Translations under genes and position numbers: made by a program
Shown: one piece after another, positions 54,265 to 64,000 of the stretch
How the letters are laid out: the number at the start of each line of letters is the position of its first letter
Numbering within the stretch: position 1 is the stretch's first letter
NCBI GenBank assembly: GCA_951406725.2
Contig: OX597831.1
Coordinates: 23,622,001-23,686,000, forward strand
Length of the DNA stretch: 64,000 nucleotides
DNA from: Octopus vulgaris
Lineage: Eukaryota
Direction of reading: 5' to 3'
Notes under the pieces: model-generated
Database searches by the model: none
Seen by the model: only the letters and a program-made list of their open reading frames with translations
What the model was told of the DNA's origin: nothing

Positions 54265-54682
54265 AGGCACAGATATAGCTGTGTGGTAAGAAGCTTGCTT
54301 CCCAGCCATATAGTTTATAGTTCAGGGTTCAGTTGCACTGTGTGGCACATTGAGCAAGTGTCTCCTACTATAGCCTTGGGCCAAGCAAAGTCTCATGAGT
54401 GGATTTGGTAGACAGAAACTGAAAGAACCTCATCGCATATATGTATGTATGTATATATGTGTGCATGTGTGTGTCTGTGTTTGTCTCTCATCACTACCTG
54501 ACAACCAGTGTTGGTGTGTTTGCATCCCCATAACTCAGTGGTTTGGCACAAGAGACCAATAGAATAATTGCTATGTTTGAAAAATACATAAAGTAAGCCA
54601 TGGAGTTGATTTATTTGGTTAAAACTCTTGAAGCTGATGCTCCAGCATGGCCTCAGTCAAACGACTTAAGTAAAAGAATAAA
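54265..54682 (+). mobile_element. Old S1-related SINE
   Basis: Diverged but colinear with S1. Confidence 0.78.
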
Positions 54683-55684
54683 TGATATCCATTAGGTTTG
54701 ACCTCTTTTGTCTCTATGTTAAGTTTCTTTATTTTCAATACCATAATAACATCTAAATTGCTGGAAACATAAGATTCAATTGAAAATATATTCTAAAAAT
54801 TATAGTTGTTTATTGATCCTAATTTTATTCTGAAAATTCATATATTTATATCATTTTTAGGCATTGATCAGGCAAAAAAAATTTTTTTAATAATTTGATT
54901 CGAAGAATTATCTCCCTTAAAACGTATCCTCTCACTTTTGATTCTGTTGTAATTTTGCCATTATTGTATGTGAACTTTATTTTCAAGCAGTTTGAGATCT
55001 GTTTTTAATTATGTGGAGTCAGGAAATCAAATGTTGAAAATTTTGCCCCATTTCTAAATAAATTCCCAATTGTAAATAAATTTCTGAAAAATAAAATTCT
55101 TCTGCATCAAGATGCATAATAATGCACCAATGCATAACTGACAGTATACATATGCACACGCACACGCGCGTTATTGCTCTGGACCCCATCAAGCTCTGTA
55201 TTCAGCTCAAACAAGGAATAAATTAGGTACTGTGTGTTTTGAGTCAGCCAATGTTTAATATCCTTGTTTTCATGTATATGAGATTACACTTTGAAAATTA
55301 TATGCCAATATCATTTTGAAATGCCATATTTCTCTGTCTCTTTTTCTTTCTTCATTCGTAATAGTACATGTAACATAACAACTTATAAAATCTCTTTGGT
55401 CAGAATACCTCTAATTGCCCTCACTACTCTCATACCTACTACCTCCTCTTCCTTACCTCAAATTTTAATACCCTGCCTCTTTAAATGTAAGTTATATATA
55501 TATATCTTATCACTTTCTATAAATTCTTATTTCTTTGTTTTTTTACTTTGATATTCTTACCTATTAACCTTTTATCTCTTAATATCGTTAGTGTTTTTAA
55601 ATAGGGATTTCTCAGCTAATAGGTCCATGTGAGATGGTTACATTATATCCATATAAGCATATAAATATTTGTATATGTGTATAT

Positions 55685-55722
<38 letters not shown>

Positions 55723-57221
55723 GCATATATATATGCATATATATGCATAACCTATTAACCTCTTATATATGCATATATATATATGTGTGTGCATAACCTA
55801 TTAACCTCTTATCTCTTATAAATTGTTATTGTTTTTGTTCATAAATGGATATTTTTTAGTTACTTAAATCTATGTGAGATGGTTATACTATATTCATATA
55901 AACGTATAAATATTTATGCATATGTTCATGTGTGTGTATCTGTACACATCTTTATTTTTTCTGATTCTTGGTTTATAATTAATATATAGATAACGTGTTT
56001 ATCTTTCCAGTATTCCGTATGTAATTGCCCAGAGCAGTCTTTATAGAAACCACCTAATAAGTAAATAATTAAGTACATGAATGAATATTATACTGATTCT
56101 AAGTAATTTTTCCTTTATAATGTTGAAAATTGATATATACTCACATTTTACATATATTGTTTATATCATTTTCATATTCTTAAATTTTATCTTTATACAA
56201 CATAACAATATTGTTTATAAACAATCACCCATAGTTCCCCATGATAAAATTTCCTCCGTATTAATATCATAGGTTTTATTAGCATCCTGCCCCTTTAACT
56301 GGTAATTAACATCATGATTTAGGGTCGTCCCCTACCCAACCTCCTTTATAGACAGTTACTCTATACCCAATTTACTACTCCTAATATCTTGACAATATTT
56401 ATGACCATACCTAGCCATGAGCTGTTGCCACACTCTTGCCCTTCATTCCAAACAGACACAGTATTCTAGTCTTAGATTTAGTAGTTGAAATGAAGACAAA
56501 TAAATCGGAAATGAACCACAATCCTTTACAAGCTATGACCCCAGTATGCTTCATACTTTTCTTGGAAGTGTAGTATATTCTTAGCTACAATAGTGACAAC
56601 ATGGATTTCTTCCATCTTCTTGATCCGTTAAAGTATTTGAGTAAAATTATATTAATGTGTCCAACTGATTAAAATTCTATTTATTTGTGCAGCTGACGAT
56701 AGTCCTGCATTTAAAATGATGTAATGGTTGCATTGTTCAATTAAATGGAGCCGCTTGAAACAGTCGTACTGCATCACCTCTTGATATCCTGTTGCTTATT
56801 TTGATTATATATATATATATATATATGTATACACATACCCTTGTGGTTAGGATCTTTACAATCTAAGCAATTAATTAATGCAGATATTAACTCACAGGAT
56901 ATACAAAAGTTAGATCAAATTGTGTTTTAATGATTTAAGCATGTCTGATGAAATGTTCTGGTTATTTTATTGTATTATGTAATATATTAATAAGCAAATA
57001 GATAGCCATTCTCCTAGAAATGCACATAACAATTGAAAAGTCAACTCTATTGTATATACCTTCTATTATTATATTATCATTATTAATATTATTATTATTA
57101 GTAGTAGTAGTAATTGTAGTATAATTATTATTATTATTATTATCATTCAGCAGTTTTATTTTTATAACCTGCTTTCACTTCACTACCGAGTACTGCTCTG
57201 TGTCCCTTGGGTATGTGCTCT

Positions 57222-57262
<41 letters not shown>

Positions 57263-58556
57263 GTAAGCTGGCAGAATTGTCAGCAAGCTGGGCACAAAAG
57301 CTTAGTGGCATTTCCTCCATCTTCATGTTCTGAGTAACTCTCTAGGTGCACTCCCATGGTAATTCTTGACAGAAGGGGTTTTTTTGTTTTACTTTAATAT
57401 ATAATTTAAGAGAAATTTGGTTATAATTTCTAGCAAGTTATGTGGCCACATAATGGCTTACCTGTTAGTTTATCTGTTGCTCTATAATTTGATATAACTC
57501 TTCTTTTAAGAAAAATTACTCCGCATATATCAACAGGTGCCTTGTTATGTTTATAAATGTAGATCAATTTGAACATGATTCACACTCACTCTAAAGATTA
57601 TATTATTTCCTGTAAAAAAAATCCGTTGTACATATACACTAAATTGGTTTCCTGCCAAAAAATTTGTGTAGTAGGCCTAACACATGACCGAATTCAATAA
57701 CAACCACCTAGTTTTCAGGTGTTGTTGGTGGCAGAGAACAATCTGTTGAAATCATTCAAAACAAACCTTTTGGGATCCTCCTCCTTTATTTATTTATTTT
57801 TTTATTTTTTTCACTTTTTATTTCTATTCTTATTTCTGTTTTCCATTGAGATTGACTCACAGACGTTTAGACTGGCACCAGCCTCATTAGTCTCAACTCT
57901 TTGGTAGAGTTGCCTTCGTCATCAACAGCTCATTCTTCCCTGTTTAACTTATGTAATAAAATAAAGGTAACTAAAAGTTAGAAAAAATTTCATGCATCAA
58001 TATTAATATTGATTGCCAGAATTTAAACATATAATATACATTTAATACTCATTGTAAATACCACTTCGCTAAATGTATTTCCAACAAGGCAAGAAACTGA
58101 CGAAGTTTCAATTAATGCTCATGTCCATTCTATTTTGCTTGCAATCCTGATTTTCTTGGGAAAAGCACAAATGCTAAAATTTCCTATATTTCATCTCTGT
58201 TAAAATTATAGGGTCTTTGTGCTAATTCTAAAATAAACTGATATTTCTCATATCATCAAAGGCTATCATTATCGTTATCTTCATCATTTTAAAAGATGCT
58301 TTTTTTGTTTCCATTTTCGGAAGCATTTAGAATGATCTCAGTATTTAAATTCAATCATAAGGAACTAATTTCTAACAATGCATTCATTAAATTACATTGA
58401 AAGCAACAATGCTGTAGTTTTTTTCTTTTTATTCATATTTCATTTAATTGAACAGTCGTATAGAAAAAAAAGAAAACGTGATGATAATGCTAATCATAAC
58501 GATTACAATAACCAGTTGAGACTAGCGTAAATTTGAAAACTTGATAATAGTAAATA

Positions 58557-59122
58557 TTGGGTTGTCCGGAAAGTTCGTGCCGATTCTTAAAGGAAAGTAG
58601 AAGCTCAATAAATATTTGCCATTACATTTTTAATCAACCAAATATGAACCTTTTTGTTGCACAATGTGTCTCCATCTTTCCTTTAACTTGAAAATACCCT
58701 CTTCCCAGAACTGAGGTGGTTTCATGGCAAAGAATTCTTCAAGGTATCTTTTTACGTCATTCAAGGAATTGAAATTTTTACCATTAAGACTATTCTGCAG
58801 AGACCTGAATAAGTGAAAGTCCAAAGAAGCAATATCTGGTGAATATGGAGGGTGGGGTAACACATCCCAGCCAAGCTGCAGCAATTTTTTTCTGGTAGCC
58901 AAAGCACCAAGTGCCAAAAATGAACTTTCTTATCTTCCATTTTAAAGGGTTACAGAATTAACACAGGTTATACGAACATAAACCCTCTTCCATGGAAAAA
59001 TAGCTTAAACTGTGCTGTAAATGGAGGTGTAGTCAAATCCCATTTTATGGACTCAACCATGTTCTAAAATAAGTCAAAAAGTAAGCTACTATAAATCGGC
59101 ACGAACTTATCGGACAACCTAA
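58557..59122 (-). mobile_element. Internally deleted mariner transposon
   Basis: TIRs ttgggttgtccggaaagttcgtgccgatt / aatcggcacgaacttatcggacaacctaa with TA on both sides; transposase remnant inside. Confidence 0.95.
58630..58940 (-). pseudogene. Mariner transposase remnant (N-terminal MEDKKVHF joined out of frame to the C-terminal catalytic end)
   Basis: LGWDVLPHPPYSPDIASLDFHLFRSLQNSL...FWEEGIFKLKERW contains the mariner YSPDL-type motif. Confidence 0.93.
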
Positions 59123-59144
59123 TATATTACTGATATTCTAATAT

Positions 59145-59625
59145 TCTTTTATTTGTTTCATTCATTTGACTGCAGCCATGCTGGAGCATCGCCTTTTTAG
59201 TCAAACAAGTTGACCCCAAAACTTATTCTTTGTAAGCCTAGTACTGATTCTATTGGTCTCTTTTGCTGAACTGCTAAGTTGCAGGGATGTAAACACACCA
59301 GCATCGGTTGTCAAGCGATGATGGGGGGACAAACACAGACACACAAACATAGATACATATATATGTATGTATTTATGTATGTATGTATGTATGTATGTAT
59401 GTATTTATGTATTTGTGTGTCTGTGTTTGTCCCCCCCCCCACAATCACTTGACAACTGATGTTGGTGTGTTTGTGTTTCCATAACTTAGAGTTTCAGCAA
59501 AAGAGACCAGCAGAATAAGTACTAGGCTTACAAAGAATAAATCCTGGAGTTGATTTGTTCAACTAAAGGCAGTGCTCCAGCATGGCCACAGTCAAATGAC
59601 TGAAACAAATAAAAGAATAAAAGAG
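59145..59625. mobile_element. Inverted pair of S1 3' halves around an (ATGT)n spacer
   Basis: 59145-59348 (minus) and 59410-59625 (plus). Confidence 0.88.
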
Positions 59626-60240
59626 CGAAGAACAAGCTGGCAAAATCACTATTTTTCTGGACAAAATATTTAGTGGCATTTCTTTTGGGTTTGCATTCTA
59701 TGTTCACATTCTGCCAAAGTCAGCTTCACCTTCCATCCTTTTGGGGTTGATAAAATAAGTACCAGTCAAGCACTGGGGTCAATGTAATCCACTTACACCC
59801 ACCCTCAGAAGCTGCAGCCCTTGTATGTATTAGGTTAGAAATTTGTAGGGAGCAGGGACAGTTGAGTACATTGGCTGCAGAATTTGGCTGGTGCTTAAAT
59901 ATCTCAGCCCTAATGAGATGAAAGATGGTTTCAGTGAGATTTGAATGCAGAAATCTAAAGAGCTGAACAATTACCACAAAGCATTTTTTGGATGTGCTAA
60001 TGATAATGCCAGTCTACCACCCAAATGATGATAATAATAATAATTAATTCTTTTATTAGCCACATGGGGGGAGGTGGGGATGAATCGACCCTAGTGTTCA
60101 ACTGGTAATTATTTTATTGACCATGAAAATGGATGCAAGACAAAGATGACCTCGGTAGAATTTGAACTCAAAGCGTAATGACAGACGAAAAGCCACTAAG
60201 AATTTTGCTTGGTGTGCTAATGATTCTGCCAGCTCACCAC

Positions 60241-60624
60241 TTTACTCTTTTACTTGTTTCAGTCATTTGACTGTGGCCATCTTGGAGCACTGCCTTTAGT
60301 CGAGCAAATCGACCCCAGAACTTATTCCTTGTAAGCCTAGTACTTATTCTTTCAGTCTCTTTTGCCAAGCTGCTAACACACCAGCAATGGTTGTCAAGCA
60401 ATGTTGGTGGGGACACACAGACACACAAACATATACACACACATATATACATGCATATATACGACGAGCTTCTTTCAGTTTCCGTCTACCAAATCCACTC
60501 ACAAGGCTTTGGTCAGCCCGAGGCTAGAGTAGAAGACACTTGCCCAAGGTGCCATGCAGTAGGACTGAACCCAGAACCATGTGGTTGGTAAGCAAGCTAC
60601 TTACCACACAGCCACTCCTTCGCC
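60241..60624 (-). mobile_element. SINE S1, full length
   Basis: Reverse complement of S1, adjacent to S2-type copies at 59630-60240 and (AAT)n at 60625-60737. Confidence 0.9.
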
Positions 60625-60738
<114 letters not shown>

Positions 60739-61429
60739 TAACATAGGTTCATAACTTCAGATATAGTGGGAGGATATAGTCAATTATATTGATCCTCGTG
60801 CTTGACTGAGTTTTAAATCTTTAATTTTATCAGCTCCACATTAATGATGAAGATAACCATGATGATGATGATGATAACAAACTCTAAATCCAAAATTTGT
60901 GAATAGAGAGTTAAATCAATGCAGTTAAAGAAATTTTTGTCTTTTTTTTTTATCTTTTTGGTTTTTGTCTTTTTTCTGTAGAAAGTTGCTAAAGAACCAT
61001 AAACAGAATAACGCACTAAAAACGTGGCTTCCACCCCCACCACCCCCGCGCTCTTCTTTTAATGAAATAAGATTTTAGTCTTAAAGATATTCTTTTTTAT
61101 TTGCTTCTTTAGTTAAAGACTTGTTCTTTTGGAACCGCCCACATGTAATAAGTGTGGAAGCCATTTCCATCTAGATTTTTCTTTTTATCATTATCAAACA
61201 TCATCATTATTATGATTACTACTACTATAATTATTAACGCTATTATCATCATCATCATCATCATCATCATTATTATTGCTATTGTTATTATCATTATTTA
61301 GGTCTTTATTGAAAAAAAATAATAAAATACACTAAATTTTTGTTGTCAAAACTTTTACTTTTCTTATATCATATTTAGAAATCTTTTTTGTTTCAAGTTT
61401 AAAACCTGTTTCTTATTAACCAGGATTGT

Positions 61430-61687
61430 GTTAAGTTAAGTTAAGTTAATTTTTTGGCTCAAAAAGCAAAAAGCAAGGCCATGTAGGGGGATATGGAGTT
61501 ATGTACAGGCTGGTGTTCATGCAAAGAGTTCAGGCCATTTGTGGTCAAGGGAGACTCTGAACCGAGCGGTCATCAGCATCTTCACTATGTCATCCGGCAG
61601 CTTATTCCACGGATCTGCAACCCGGACGGAGAAAGCCCCTCTACTTTGACTGAGATGAAATCGTCGCAGATAGAGCTTTTCGGAATG
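61430..61687 (-). mobile_element. 5'-truncated CR1/L2-group LINE, same family as 9859-10267
   Basis: HSEKLYLRRFHLSQSRGAFSVRVADPWNKLPD; same 3' UTR; (CTTAA)n tail. Confidence 0.9.
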
Positions 61688-61712
61688 GTGAATGGTGAAT
61701 GGTGTCTCAAAT

Positions 61713-61946
61713 AAAGGGCGGCGAGCTGGCGGAATCGTTAGCACGCCGGGCGAAATGCTTAGCGGTATTTCGTCTGCTGTTACGTTCTGAGTTCAAATTC
61801 CGCCGAAGTCAACTTTGCCTTTCATCCTTTCGGGGTCGATAAATTAAGTACCAGTTACGCACTGGGTCGATGTAATCGACTTAATCCGTTTGTCTGTCCT
61901 TGTTTGTCCTCTCTGTGTTTAGCCCCTTGTGGGTAGTAAAGAAATA
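61713..61946 (+). mobile_element. SINE S2, full length and young (tRNA head, Meta-like core gcctttcatcctttcggggtcgataaa)
   Basis: Perfect 12-bp TSD ggtgtctcaaat (61701-61712 / 61947-61958). About 20 related copies or fragments in the window. Confidence 0.93.
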
Positions 61947-62222
61947 GGTGTCTCAAATTATCCAGTGTAGTTACTCTCTCCCTATTCTACATTGGGGATT
62001 CTTTCTGTTAGTTCTTTTGTTCTATATTGTTATAACTATTTATTACCTATTTCTTCGTGTATCATCACTATTACTATCAATGTCAGCTTTTTACTTGGTG
62101 TAAATCTACTTCGATTTTTTGCTTGATATATCTGTTTCATATTTTGGATTTGCCCTGTCCCTGATGCGTTGGGTCCATTATTGCTGTTTCTGTTAGATTT
62201 TTATTTCTTCAAGCTTGAAAAG

Positions 62223-62281
<59 letters not shown>

Positions 62282-62598
62282 AAAAACAGTGAGCGGGCAG
62301 AATTGTTAGCATGTTGGATGAAATGCTTTGTTATTACGTTCTGAGTTCAAATTCCACCAAGGTCGACTTTGTCTTTCATCCTTTCAGGGTTGATTAAATA
62401 AATACCAGTTACACACTGGGGTCAATGTAATTGACTAGTCCCCTACCTCAAAATTGCTGTCCCTTGTTGCAAATTTTGAAACCATTATTATCATCATCAT
62501 TATTATAATTATCATTATTATTATTATTGTTATTATTATTATTATCATTATTATTATGATTATCATCATTATTATTATTATTGTTATTATTATTATTA

Positions 62599-62661
<63 letters not shown>

Positions 62662-62668
<7 letters not shown>

Positions 62669-62960
62669 TCACTGCCTGGAAACAAACTTGTGATCTTGAG
62701 GTTAGTAGCCCACACTCATAACCACTGGTTAAGTGCGCGGGCTACTAACCCTACGATTCTGAGTTCAATTCCAGGCAGTGACCTGAAAAATAATAATGAT
62801 GATAATAACAATAATAATATTGAAAAATACCTTAGGAATGAGAACCCAGGTTTGAAATTTCTCCAAGAAACCTGATGAAAGCTGGAGAGTATATCAGCTG
62901 AAACGTTGTCTTAACAAACAAGATGAGCACAAATATCCGTCAAATGTAAATAATGTAAAT
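62662..62960 (+). mobile_element. Family H element with an inverted duplicated head
   Basis: 62662-62725 is an inverted head. The forward copy (62726-62960) has head, (AAT)n linker, hammerhead and aatgtaaat tail. Confidence 0.88.
62865..62912 (+). ncRNA. Minimal hammerhead motif of family H
   Basis: aagaaac-CUGAUGA-a-AGCUG-gagaguauau-CAGCU-GAAA-CG-UU-gucuu: intact core, perfect 5-bp stem II, palindromic AACGUU helix III; stem I imperfect in this copy. Confidence 0.68.
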
Positions 62961-63139
62961 AAGTCTAGGGCATTCATTCGTGATATGGGCAATGATTTCA
63001 TCCACTCTATTGCAGATGTGGCACCGCAGAGACACTTGCTCAATTCTCAGGTTGACCCTCCAGTTCGTGTGCTGCCAGTATAGTGCTCTTGTTCTCTTTT
63101 TCTAGGGTTCCTTTAATCAGTTCCTTTCAAATAATAATA

Positions 63140-63188
<49 letters not shown>

Positions 63189-64000
63189 TAATTATTATTA
63201 TTATTATTATCATTATTATTATCATCAATATAGTCTAATAGCCAAATGGTAAAAAATGTGTTCAGAAGAAAGTCAGGGCAGGAAATAAAGAAATAAAACC
63301 AAAAATAATAAAATAAATGCTCTTCCTTATATTTAAATATTTTTATTATTGTCATTATTCCTCTGAATAATATTTGTTTTTTCTCTCTTTTATTTTATTT
63401 TTTTGTATTAATTTAACTATGCATAATACAAAATCTAAAACTAATTTCAAAACCCAAAATATTCTATTTTGAACACTTAAATGGAATGTTTAAAGTGTGA
63501 AAACAATAACAAAATAACAGAAACTTCAGCAAATCACATGTGAGAAAACTACTGAATCTTAAGGGTTTTTTAATGTTTTGTTTAATTTTATAGCTTTTTT
63601 TTGTTAAATTTTTTTATTTATTTAATTTTTTTGTTTAACAAATTCTTTTATTTATTTTAATTTTTTGTGAGACAAATTTTTTATGTATTTATTTTCTTTT
63701 TCCTGTTTCGTGATGTTATTTTTTATTATTATTTATTTTACTCTACAAAATCAAGATGAAAGAACATTTTAATTCCATTTTGTCTCTGAGACCATTTAGA
63801 AAAATAATAATAAAAAAAAAAAAAAGAAATTCAGTTTGTTTTTCCCTCTTTCTATCCTTTTTCTCCATCTCTTCTTTCTCACTGAATTGACAAAAAAGAA
63901 ACAAAAAAAAAGATTTGTTGCTACTATTGTTTCTACAACAAAACATTGATTTGCATGTATATGTGCATGTATATATATGTGTGTGTATATATATGTTTGT

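Noticed and set aside
55290-56690. Possible decayed Penelope GIY-YIG coding remnant and a ~240-bp direct duplication at 55560-55925
   Set aside because: No continuous frame or clear motif is readable by eye; a frameshift-aware protein search is needed.
56940-57030. CUGAUGA...long AT-rich hairpin...GAAA
   Set aside because: Too decayed to assign junction geometry; possibly another Penelope remnant but unsupported.

Overview
AT-rich, gene-poor eukaryotic genomic DNA. The repeat content and dense (AT)n/(AC)n/(AAT)n/(ATC)n microsatellites suggest a cephalopod, probably Octopus (inference). No intact protein-coding gene is visible, and nearly all listed ORFs are translations of microsatellites or SINEs. 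The window holds several tRNA-headed SINE families (S1 CORE-like, S2 Meta-like, S3, and RTE-tailed S4), 5'-truncated CR1/L2 and RTE LINE ends, an internally deleted mariner, hAT-like MITEs and a non-autonomous Helitron. The most interesting layer is a set of short, mostly inverted (fold-back) repeats carrying minimal type-I hammerhead ribozyme (HHR) motifs of the Penelope-like retroelement kind, in at least four unrelated families. One family fuses a tRNA-derived Pol III head to a hammerhead tail (five loci). Another has a G3-C8 swapped catalytic core and a clean 13-bp target-site duplication. There is also a ~4.2-kb inverted duplication (43.65-47.9 kb) whose left arm is a deletion-ridden copy of the right arm, possibly a long-read artefact. 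A few exon candidates are weak. All coordinates and alignments were read by eye and are approximate to a few bases.
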